A stretch of 48,298 nucleotides of DNA from a virus: IMG/VR virus record IMGVR_UViG_3300037297_000228; one strand, written 5' to 3'. Below, piece after piece: positions 1 through 7,405 of the stretch. The translations under genes were made by a program, and so were the position numbers. Numbering within the stretch: the first letter of the stretch is position 1; each line of letters starts with the position of its first letter. The notes below the pieces were generated by a model. That model ran no database searches, was not told the DNA's origin, and worked only from the letters and a program-made list of their open reading frames with translations.

Positions 1-127
1 GAATAAAATTACCCAGTCTTCACCTTTATTTTTGTTAATAAATAGGTAATATCCTATTGTAATTGAAACAGATATTAATAATATTACTGCTGCTCCCCAA
101 ATTAATTTTTTCATTTTGTCTCCTTTA
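1..127. repeat. Terminal direct repeat, left copy (identical to 48172..48298)
   Basis: Base-by-base comparison of the first 127 nt with the last 127 nt shows an exact match. The small ORF 48115..48285 extends into the right copy, so its 5' part recurs at 1..114 and the left copy truncates it. Confidence 0.97.
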
Positions 128-260
128 ATTTCATAATAAGAACACATAGCCATCCACCAATACTATATATCGGGCCAGTATATGATCCAGTCGAGAATAC
201 CAATATTCCGATTATAATTTGAGTTATCGATAGAAAAATCAGGATTTTTTTTATATTCAT
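111..260 (-). CDS. Small membrane protein, 49 aa (MNIKKILIFLSITQIIIGILVF...)
   Basis: ATG at 260..258 and TGA at 113..111, which overlaps (ATGA) the start of the next small ORF. Two hydrophobic segments. Below the 60-aa cutoff of the ORF track. Confidence 0.5.
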   Translation of the reverse strand: MNIKKILIFLSITQIIIGILVFSTGSYTGPIYSIGGWLCVLIMKLKETK

Positions 261-279
261 CTTTACCACCTTTTAATAC

Positions 280-308
280 AACATACATCTATACCTATGT
301 ATTGTCAA
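280..308 (-). promoter_or_regulatory. Candidate sigma70-type promoter for the minus-strand block downstream of terL
   Basis: The minus strand reads AAAAAAAATTGTTGACAAT, the same A-tract plus TTGACA context as the promoter at 6713. It is followed by a 17-nt spacer and TATGTT. The -10 element is weak. Confidence 0.35.
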
Positions 309-317
309 CAATTTTTT

Positions 318-2645
318 TTATTTTTTTATATTTTTTTTTATTGCTGTTAATTTTGTCATGTTTTCTATAACGGTCAGATAATTAATTCTTTGTATTTCAT
401 ACGCAGACATTTTTTGCTCTTTTGCCCAAGCTTTATATTCAAGCAATTCAAAATTAAGAAAAACATCTGCTGCACATAATCCATATACACGACAATCAAG
501 CGCTTCATTTCTCCGTCCATGACTTTGAAAACTTCCATCTCTCATTTTTTCTTCAGCTGTCAGCATGTCAAAATAATGCTCGCCATAATCAACTGGAAAG
601 TCACAAAATCCAGATTTTTGAATTTTTTGCGTTATATCCCTTTCAATTTTTAAATTATTATATATCTGATTTTTATAGTAAACTGTAGAAATTTCATATA
701 AAATTATATCATCACTTATTTTCTTAGAAATATATCTTTGAAAACTATTTTCCATCAATTCGTCACCGACATTTTTTTTCCTGCGCATAATTGATCTGCG
801 GCCTTTGATCGGATATGTATTTATCCAACGCTGAGTAAATCTATATACAACATCCGTAAGTTCTCCATCGCCTGAATCTATAAATATTAGATTAACTGGA
901 AATTTAAAGCCATCCTCAATTCGTTCATAAGTAAGTTTAGTTTCCAAAGCGTATTGATGCAATTTTTCCCAGGCTCCGGCATAAGGGTCTGTAACATCGC
1001 CAATGAAATATAGATAACAAATTGACCAGGTTCTATGTCCTGCTCCAATTCCCAAAACTTCAAGTTCAATTCGTGGAGGGTTATCTTGATCAGTTTTTGA
1101 TCCACGCTGAACATCTGCTCCAATTGTTAGATATAAAACACCTGGGGGAACTGTACCAGATCTATATTTCCCACGATTTTCAATTACTTTCTCCGATTTT
1201 GGCCGAGATCCCATATCGATAAATGGAAGACCATCCCTTAAATTTATATGAGATCTTTTTCCATCAGGCATTTTTTCAGATTTCTGGAAAGATGTCCAAT
1301 AATCAATCCAGCTATAAAGTCCCAAAGGCGACAATAATGCGTTCAAGTGGAAAGATCTTCTTAAACGTTCCGGTTTTGCCTGTGGTTCCCATTTACCATT
1401 TTTTATCATATAATTTTTTTGAAATTCAAAAATTGCATCATGGCAAAATTCGCATAAATAATATACCTGTTGGAGAATACCGCCTTTTTTTTCTTCCCTA
1501 AGTCCGTAATTGCCCTGCTCATTTCCCTTAACTAATAATTGATATTTCCCGCAAATTGGACAGGGTACGAAATATTCGCATTGATCCCCGAGCATGAATC
1601 TTCTATAAATCGTAGATGTTTGATATTCTGTCGGTGTCGAACATGCAAGGATCTTTCTTCTATTTCCCCAGGCTGAGGTCCGTGCCTCTGCAACTTCATC
1701 AAAAAAACCTTCACCTGTTGTCAAAAGAGGCGGAGCTGCATCCGGCTCATCTATACACAATATTCGAACAGAATCAGCACGCATCGAAGCGGGAGATTGA
1801 GCAGAAGCCATTTCAAGAAATCCACCAGAGAATAATTTTTGCTGCGCTTTATCTCCGGTTGTCCGTGATTTTTCTGTTTCAATTGGAGCCTGTAATTTTT
1901 CTCGAAGACCCAAACTATCAATAAGTGGCTCCAATCTTTTTGAACTCCATTTATTCAGCAACATATCGGTTCCAGACATAAATAATATTGGTGCAGGACA
2001 GGCGCCCATATAATACCCTATTGTGTTTTCCATTATTGTTGTTTTTACGACTTGGGCAGCAGACATAACATCTATATGTTGCGTAGGGCTATATGGGCTT
2101 AACTCATCCATAATTTCCACTGCATACTGGCTTCTCCAATTTTCATATGGACCAGGAATTGGCGTATTAGAAGGCATTATTCTACGGCCTTCTATATATT
2201 CAGAGATTAAAGGGGGAGGGGGTTCTGTTGGTTTTTCATCATTTAGTTTTAAAAAAAATTCTATCTCATCTTTATTATATTTTATTTTTTTTTTATATTT
2301 TAATTTTGTAGGCCATTTTAATTTTGTAGGCGTTTTAAAATTTTGTATTAGATGGTTTATAATAATTATATCTATAACTGGAAGAACTGATATTTCTTTT
2401 AAAGAATTACTTAATTGAGACAAAGAATATTTTTTATAATTATCATAAATATCTAAATAATTATGCAAATTTTCTTTTTTTAAAAAATAATCAGATTTAT
2501 TGTCTTTTATACATTTTAAAATAAAAACAGCAGAAGCGGCGCTTTGTGAATCTGCTGTTTTTATAAATTGTTGTAGTTCAGATATTGTTTTAGTTATCAA
2601 TCCATTTCCCAAGGTTAAATTCATCCTGTAAAACTTCATTTCCAA
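318..2645 (-). CDS. terL: Terminase large subunit, lambda GpA family
   Basis: 775-aa ORF. It has a Walker-A-like VMSAAQVVKTT, a Walker-B-like ILCIDEPDA and a Cys cluster (CPICGK ... CEFCH) typical of GpA-type terminases. It lies in an operon with a Nu1-like small subunit. The start is uncertain because the first 56 nt overlap the upstream gene. Confidence 0.88.
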   Translation of the reverse strand: MEMKFYRMNLTLGNGLITKTISELQQFIKTADSQSAASAVFILKCIKDNKSDYFLKKENLHNYLDIYDNYKKYSLSQLSNSLKEISVLPVIDIIIINHLIQNFKTPTKLKWPTKLKYKKKIKYNKDEIEFFLKLNDEKPTEPPPPLISEYIEGRRIMPSNTPIPGPYENWRSQYAVEIMDELSPYSPTQHIDVMSAAQVVKTTIMENTIGYYMGACPAPILFMSGTDMLLNKWSSKRLEPLIDSLGLREKLQAPIETEKSRTTGDKAQQKLFSGGFLEMASAQSPASMRADSVRILCIDEPDAAPPLLTTGEGFFDEVAEARTSAWGNRRKILACSTPTEYQTSTIYRRFMLGDQCEYFVPCPICGKYQLLVKGNEQGNYGLREEKKGGILQQVYYLCEFCHDAIFEFQKNYMIKNGKWEPQAKPERLRRSFHLNALLSPLGLYSWIDYWTSFQKSEKMPDGKRSHINLRDGLPFIDMGSRPKSEKVIENRGKYRSGTVPPGVLYLTIGADVQRGSKTDQDNPPRIELEVLGIGAGHRTWSICYLYFIGDVTDPYAGAWEKLHQYALETKLTYERIEDGFKFPVNLIFIDSGDGELTDVVYRFTQRWINTYPIKGRRSIMRRKKNVGDELMENSFQRYISKKISDDIILYEISTVYYKNQIYNNLKIERDITQKIQKSGFCDFPVDYGEHYFDMLTAEEKMRDGSFQSHGRRNEALDCRVYGLCAADVFLNFELLEYKAWAKEQKMSAYEIQRINYLTVIENMTKLTAIKKNIKK

Positions 2646-3384
2646 AAAGTTTTATTTCTAAAGCTGATTCTCTTAAATCTTTTTTTATATAAAAAGGCTT
2701 TTCGTTTTCTCTTAATAAATTAACTGTATTTCTTAAAAAAATTTTCCAATCGACTGTTTTATCAATACCTTTATAATTATTTAATTTTCCAATTTTATAA
2801 ATATCTACATAATTTAAAGATTTTTTAATCATATTTAGAGATTGATCTAAAATAACGACAGGCTCAAAGCTTGCCCATGTCCTGATATTATTAAATTTTA
2901 ACTCTTTTAAACATTCAATACGTTCATAAGGCAATGCAGCTTCTGGTTCCCATTCAAGACTATCTTTCTCATTATCAAAAGTTAAAGTGAACCCTATTTT
3001 TATATTTTTTTTAAATTCTTTAAATAAATCTATATCTCTAATTACTAATTTAGATTTTGTTAATATAGATATTGGAATTTTATATTTTAGGGATATTTCC
3101 AAACATTTTCTAGTTAAACTTAATTCTTTTTCAATTTTATTATATGGATCAGTCATAAAACAAAATTGAACCTGGCTATCAAAATTTTTTAATTTTTTAC
3201 AATCATCTTCGAACTCTTTCAAAATGTTTCGCCTTGGAATTGGTTTTAAATAATTTTCTCTTGTAGTAAATCTTATGGATGGTGCATAACAATATTTACA
3301 TCCATGATTACAGCCTAAATAAATATTACATGCGTAAGGGCTATATTCACGTGCCTTTCCCTTTGGTGTATAGATAACAGACAT
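2590..3384 (-). CDS. Radical SAM enzyme (SplB / COG1533-like DNA-repair-photolyase type)
   Basis: N-terminal YLGCNHGCKYCYAP is a CxxxCxxC radical SAM cluster motif in the context typical of the SplB-like family. 264 aa. Confidence 0.8.
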   Translation of the reverse strand: MSVIYTPKGKAREYSPYACNIYLGCNHGCKYCYAPSIRFTTRENYLKPIPRRNILKEFEDDCKKLKNFDSQVQFCFMTDPYNKIEKELSLTRKCLEISLKYKIPISILTKSKLVIRDIDLFKEFKKNIKIGFTLTFDNEKDSLEWEPEAALPYERIECLKELKFNNIRTWASFEPVVILDQSLNMIKKSLNYVDIYKIGKLNNYKGIDKTVDWKIFLRNTVNLLRENEKPFYIKKDLRESALEIKLFGNEVLQDEFNLGKWIDN

Positions 3385-3392
3385 ATTTCCTC

Positions 3393-4556
3393 CTATTCAG
3401 GATTATAAATTTGTTTTTCATTGTTTAAATAATATTCAAAAATTTTCCCATTGTCAAGACAATATTTATAAAATCTATTAATAATTATTTCACAAAAGAC
3501 CGGATCAATTTCAATTCCAGAACAAATACGATTTGTTTTTTCAGCAGCCAAAAGAGTACTTCCCGCCCCCAAAAAAAAATCATAAATTAAATCTTTATCA
3601 TTACTATAGTGTTCAATAAATGATTGAGGTAAAAGAATTGGTTTTCCTAATTTATGATAATTTTCTTTTTCTGATGATGAATGACTTTTTCCCATATCTT
3701 TAGATAAAAGAGTAGAAAAACCATCCCTTAAATTTTTAAATTCAGTTTTTCCATTACAAAAAAAAGATATTAAACTATGCCCCTGCATAGGCCTATTATT
3801 GCTTATTAGTGTTGGATTTTTAAATGGCATTATAAAATAATGTCTAAAATTTTTTATATTATTATAAAAAATATTTTGTTGTTTATCGGATCCCATTAAA
3901 AATATTTTATCTGAATTTAAATAATTTAACCAATCATTTTTTTCTAAATCATATGGAGGATCAGTAAAAATCATATCTGCTTTTTTGTTTTTAAATATTT
4001 TTTCAATATCATTTTTATTGTTACTATCTCCGCATAATATTTTATGATTATTTAATTGTATAATATCACCATATTTAATAAATTTTGCCTCTTTTATTTC
4101 TTCAATTTCCCCTTCTTCATAATCATCTTCTATTTTTATTTTTATCTCATTATCGGCAAATCTTAATGTCTCTGCAATATCTTTATCAATTTCATTTATC
4201 CATTCGCTTAATTCTTCAATTTCAAATTCTCCGAATTGAGAAGTTATCCCAAGTAATTTCTGTTTTGCATCTTCTTCATTATCTGCTTCGATGTAGGCAA
4301 CTGGTATAAATGGTAATTCATAGCCATCTTTACGCAGAGAAAGCAACGCTTTTAATCGCTGGTGCCCATCTAATATTCTACACCAGTCATTTACACGCCA
4401 AACAAAAAGAGGTACATTTATACCATCTTTAATAATTCTTTTTTTTAATTTATCTAAATTTTTCTTAGATATTTTTTTTAATTTTCCCTGAAAATCTTCA
4501 AGGGAATCAATTGGCAATAAATCAGCGGCCTTACATGTTATCGCTATTTTTTTCAT
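3393..4556 (-). CDS. ParB-like nuclease domain fused to an N6/N4 DNA methyltransferase
   Basis: The N-terminus has ILDGHQRLKAL (ParB/Srx fold motif). The centre has IFTDPPYDL (DPPY catalytic motif). The C-terminus has FFLGAGSTLLAAE (SAM-binding FxGxG). The gene ends in TAG. Confidence 0.85.
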   Translation of the reverse strand: MKKIAITCKAADLLPIDSLEDFQGKLKKISKKNLDKLKKRIIKDGINVPLFVWRVNDWCRILDGHQRLKALLSLRKDGYELPFIPVAYIEADNEEDAKQKLLGITSQFGEFEIEELSEWINEIDKDIAETLRFADNEIKIKIEDDYEEGEIEEIKEAKFIKYGDIIQLNNHKILCGDSNNKNDIEKIFKNKKADMIFTDPPYDLEKNDWLNYLNSDKIFLMGSDKQQNIFYNNIKNFRHYFIMPFKNPTLISNNRPMQGHSLISFFCNGKTEFKNLRDGFSTLLSKDMGKSHSSSEKENYHKLGKPILLPQSFIEHYSNDKDLIYDFFLGAGSTLLAAEKTNRICSGIEIDPVFCEIIINRFYKYCLDNGKIFEYYLNNEKQIYNPE

Positions 4557-5218
4557 ATTTTTTCCTCTCCCATTTTTAATAAAAATTTATCAATTTCTAT
4601 TTTAATATGTTTTAATGTTTTATATAATTCTTCATCAACTATTTTTTCAGCAGCTATCATTTTTTCAGAATCCGTACATCCGAAGAGTCCTGCTATATCA
4701 GGAATTATTTTTGATTTAATCTGCAAAAATTCATTGCGGTCGATCTCATATAATTTGCCAAAAAGAATTTTTATTAATTTTCTACTAATGACCTGTCCTT
4801 CCTGAATCTGTGTTTTAACTCTAATTTGTTTTATTTGTTCATAAATTTTTAATTTATCAAAATCAGATTTGGCCAGACTGACAAGATGTTCATATATTAG
4901 GTTTCCAGAATCAGAAAGAGTTTTTATATATTTAGGGATCTGTTTTTCATCTAAACTTTGCCCTGTCTCGATATTTTCTTTATTTTCTGTTTTTAAACTT
5001 TGACGGGGTTTTGTTTTTTTAGCCTTTTTAGGACTCAAACTTTTTATTTTTTTATTTTCCAGGTATTTTTTAACCTGATGGTTTGACGTGTCAATTCTTA
5101 ATTTTCCATCTATTTTCGTTGATGGGATTAATCCTGTTTTAAGTGCTTTGCTTATTGCCTGACGACTTACTCCAGCATACCGCACAAATTCGCTTTGGGA
5201 CATATATCTATTTTGCAT
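4553..5218 (-). CDS. Terminase small subunit candidate (Nu1-like, N-terminal HTH)
   Basis: N-terminal MSQSEFVRYAGVSRQAISKAL helix-turn-helix, a basic linker and a C-terminal coiled region. It is the first gene of the operon that ends in terL. Confidence 0.6.
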   Translation of the reverse strand: MQNRYMSQSEFVRYAGVSRQAISKALKTGLIPSTKIDGKLRIDTSNHQVKKYLENKKIKSLSPKKAKKTKPRQSLKTENKENIETGQSLDEKQIPKYIKTLSDSGNLIYEHLVSLAKSDFDKLKIYEQIKQIRVKTQIQEGQVISRKLIKILFGKLYEIDRNEFLQIKSKIIPDIAGLFGCTDSEKMIAAEKIVDEELYKTLKHIKIEIDKFLLKMGEEKI

Positions 5219-5236
5219 TTAAAAAAAATATTAAAA

Positions 5237-5380
5237 TTGACACGAAATGTCAACAACAAAATGTCAACTGTCTGGGAAAATCTGGCACGTCAAAAAAAGT
5301 GCAATCGCGTGTTTTTGCGCACTATTTAACCATAATTGCCTACAGTACCTTGTAATCGCCTATAATCGCTTATAATCGGA
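5237..5380. promoter_or_regulatory. Repeat-rich leader upstream of the small terminase gene (candidate cos/terminase-binding or promoter region)
   Basis: Palindrome TTGACAcgaaaTGTCAA at 5237..5253. AAATGTCAAC occurs twice (5245 and 5259). TAATCG occurs three times with 10-bp phasing at 5353, 5363 and 5373, the last two copies embedded in TATAAT-like hexamers. Confidence 0.35.
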
Positions 5381-5397
5381 ATATATAGAGGGGGGTG

Positions 5398-6123
5398 TTA
5401 TTTTTTTATACGCTGGAGGGAAATAATAAAATTTAAAGAATCTCTCCAAATTTTATATATATTATTCTTTTGTTGTAATTGCTGAAGTGATTTAGTACGC
5501 CACTTAAAGGTCTGAACGTGCATTTGTTTATCAAAATCCTGTATTTTTTTTATTTCTCCTTTCTTAAATGTATAAGCTCCTCTGCCTAATTGTCCTCTTT
5601 TGGTAGGCACTGATTTCTGTAAGAGAAACTGATTAGAGCCGCCTCTTGATCCTAATACCCGCATCATAAACATAAAACGGGCCTTATAATCCCGACCCTG
5701 AAACTGTTCCGGTTTAAAGAATTTAGAAGATTTTTTAAGTCTGTATTTCCCTAGAACTTTTCTTTTTTTTGATCCACCCCTGGAATGTAAGGTTGTAATA
5801 CGTTTCTTAACAGGCTGTTTCCCTGTCTGCTGTTCTTCCCAACCTGTAAATCGAGGCCTTTTAATAGAGTATACTCTTGATATTTGTTTGTTTATTTCTG
5901 CCCCTGATTTTGCTTTTTCGACTCTAATTGATGACTTAACAAATTTTTCATTTCTAATAATCATATGATTGGAAAGATTTTTGATATCGTATTTTCTGGT
6001 CATAAAGGCTAGAGAATTAAGAACATTCGCAGAAACCGGCTTAAATAATTTTGGAGCTTTTTTAAAGAATTTTTTGAGAGCCTTTAAATCTTTTATATCC
6101 ATTGTGAAAAGTTCTTTTGCCAT
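5398..6123 (-). CDS. Hypothetical, very basic protein (241 aa)
   Basis: Long ORF, Lys/Arg-rich throughout. It has its own upstream TTGACT box. I do not recognise the family. Confidence 0.6.
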   Translation of the reverse strand: MAKELFTMDIKDLKALKKFFKKAPKLFKPVSANVLNSLAFMTRKYDIKNLSNHMIIRNEKFVKSSIRVEKAKSGAEINKQISRVYSIKRPRFTGWEEQQTGKQPVKKRITTLHSRGGSKKRKVLGKYRLKKSSKFFKPEQFQGRDYKARFMFMMRVLGSRGGSNQFLLQKSVPTKRGQLGRGAYTFKKGEIKKIQDFDKQMHVQTFKWRTKSLQQLQQKNNIYKIWRDSLNFIISLQRIKK

Positions 6124-6158
6124 AATAAATATTTTAAAAGAAAAAGTAAAAAGTCAAC

Positions 6159-6192
6159 AAAAAAAACCCTTTAGCTATTTAAAACTAAAGGG
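6159..6192 (-). terminator. Rho-independent terminator (minus strand)
   Basis: Stem CCCTTTAG (6167..6174) pairs with CTAAAGGG (6185..6192). On the minus strand it is followed by a T8 run (plus-strand A8 at 6159..6166). Confidence 0.6.
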
Positions 6193-6282
6193 ATAACAAA
6201 TTAAAATTAATTTAAAGGAGATTATTATGTGTCACTTATTTATAATGTAATACAATTTTGCAAAAAGTCAAGCATATAACAC

Positions 6283-6690
6283 AATATTACATTTTTTTCA
6301 GCCTAAAAAAAAATATGTTATATAAAAAGTGGGATATTCAGATTACATACTATAATAAGGAAGAAAACATATATATTATTATTATTTTTTTATTATTTAT
6401 ATACATTTCTGTGTTTTTGTATATAATATACCAAATATACCAGATATTACATTTTTTCTAAGGCTCACAGTATTTTTGCAGATTTCTTTATATTTTTCTG
6501 TATATATGTCTTTCTGTAAAAGTTTCTCTGTTAGACCGGAAAAAAGTGTAATATCTGGTATATTTGCAAAAAAAATGCTATAACTACTAGAATTACCAGT
6601 AGTTACGCATATTACATAAATTTTCAAAACTGACAAAAAAATGGTATATGTCGGTTTTTTATGTAATATTTCTGGAAAAAATGTAATATT
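6283..6690. repeat. Iteron-like array of the motif ATATTACAT / ATGTAATAT in a non-coding AT-rich region
   Basis: Copies in + orientation at 6283, 6443 and 6608. Copies in inverted orientation at 6546, 6661 and 6681. Three copies carry the longer CCAGA(A)ATATTACA form. No credible ATG-initiated ORF is present. Confidence 0.6.
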
Positions 6691-6712
6691 TTATGTTATA
6701 TAAAAAAAATTG

Positions 6713-6741
6713 TTGACAACACACCAATATAGTGTTATATT
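6713..6741 (+). promoter_or_regulatory. Near-consensus sigma70 promoter with an embedded palindrome (cassette copy 1)
   Basis: TTGACA (6713..6718), a 17-nt spacer and TATATT (6736..6741). The spacer contains AACAC-N9-GTGTT, and an A-tract lies upstream. The same cassette occurs at 28399..28427 (-) and 29016..29044 (+). Confidence 0.7.
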
Positions 6742-6784
6742 TAAGTAACAAATTAAGAAAAGGCCTTCTGGCCGGGGAGAAATT

Positions 6785-6958
6785 ATGACACTTTACCGAA
6801 ACAAAAAAGTTAAATCAATAACAGCTTTAAAACATTTAGAAAATCTTCAAAACGAATACTCTGCTGTAAAAATTATTTGCGATCAATTTACTAGTAACGA
6901 AATAAAAGATTATGGTTTTAAAGTTTTAACTAATTTAAAAATTGTAGGAAATTATTAA
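6785..6958 (+). CDS. Small protein, 57 aa (MTLYRNKKVKSITALKHLENLQ...)
   Basis: ATG is preceded by GGGGAGAAATT (SD) within the conserved cassette 5'UTR. TAA at 6956..6958. Below the ORF-track cutoff. Confidence 0.55.
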   Translation: MTLYRNKKVKSITALKHLENLQNEYSAVKIICDQFTSNEIKDYGFKVLTNLKIVGNY

Positions 6959-6972
6959 AAATAATAGTCGAA

Positions 6973-7073
6973 ACCAGCTTTCGGGCTGGTCTGCTGAAAT
7001 TGACCTACCAGCACTGAAGAGACAGGTCACATAATTTCTAAAGCGCCCCTGGCCCTCAACTACGGGGGCGCTT
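6973..7073 (+). other. GC-rich cluster of three hairpins (terminator/antiterminator or small structured RNA candidate)
   Basis: Three stems: ACCAGC/GCTGGT (6973..6990), TGACCT/AGGTCA (7001..7029) and AAGCGCCCC/GGGGCGCTT (7041..7073). The cluster stands out from the AT-rich flanks, and no stem is followed by a U-tract. Confidence 0.5.
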
Positions 7074-7095
7074 CCCTAAAAAATATAAAAAAAAG

Positions 7096-7123
7096 TTGAC
7101 GTAATTAAAATATGTTCTATAAT
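7096..7123 (+). promoter_or_regulatory. Candidate late (structural operon) promoter
   Basis: TTGACG (7096..7101), a 16-nt spacer and TATAAT (7118..7123), preceded by an A-tract. Confidence 0.6.
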
Positions 7124-7129
7124 TGTGGC

Positions 7130-7402
7130 ATGGGATATATTAGTTTAAGAAAAGCACGAATAAGACGTCAGCTGACCGCAACTCAGAGAGCTTTGACAAG
7201 TTTATACGAATTACAAACAGAAATGTCCGCACATGAAAATATATCCTATGCGATTGATTCAGGGGAAGGCTCACAACGTACAACCCGCCGAAAATTTGAA
7301 GAAATTCAAGATCAAATTGATCGACTTGAAGCAAAAGAAGCCAGCCTTTTAAATGACCTCTATAGTATGGGTGTGGTTGCAGTTAGGTTGCGGAGAAAAT
7401 AA
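7130..7402 (+). CDS. gpW-like head-tail joining protein
   Basis: A roughly 90-aa helical protein with an Arg-rich C-terminus (VAVRLRRK), immediately upstream of a lambda-type portal as in lambda A-W-B order. The ORF track starts at 7112, but that ATG lies upstream of the -10 box. ATG 7130 would be leaderless. Confidence 0.55.
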   Translation: MGYISLRKARIRRQLTATQRALTSLYELQTEMSAHENISYAIDSGEGSQRTTRRKFEEIQDQIDRLEAKEASLLNDLYSMGVVAVRLRRK

Positions 7403-7405
7403 TAA

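Noticed and set aside
887-2418. Several 60-131-aa ORFs on both strands inside the large terminase gene
   Set aside because: All are nested in or antisense to the 775-aa GpA-type ORF, and their composition is typical of out-of-frame translation.
2590-3384. The radical SAM protein as the activase of the NrdD-like glycyl-radical mini-protein
   Set aside because: Its N-terminal motif context (YLGCNHGCKYCYAP) and its 264-aa length look like the SplB/COG1533 family rather than NrdG/PflA-type activases. The two genes are also about 21 kb apart across the circular junction (about 27 kb within the window) and in different operons. It is kept only as a low-probability idea.
6258-6636. ORFs 6258..6461 (+) and 6397..6636 (-) in the iteron region
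   Set aside because: Both rely on TTG starts without an SD. They overlap each other, are low in complexity (runs of I/Y/F), and coincide with the repeat array. The region is more parsimoniously non-coding, although a small conserved peptide cannot be excluded.
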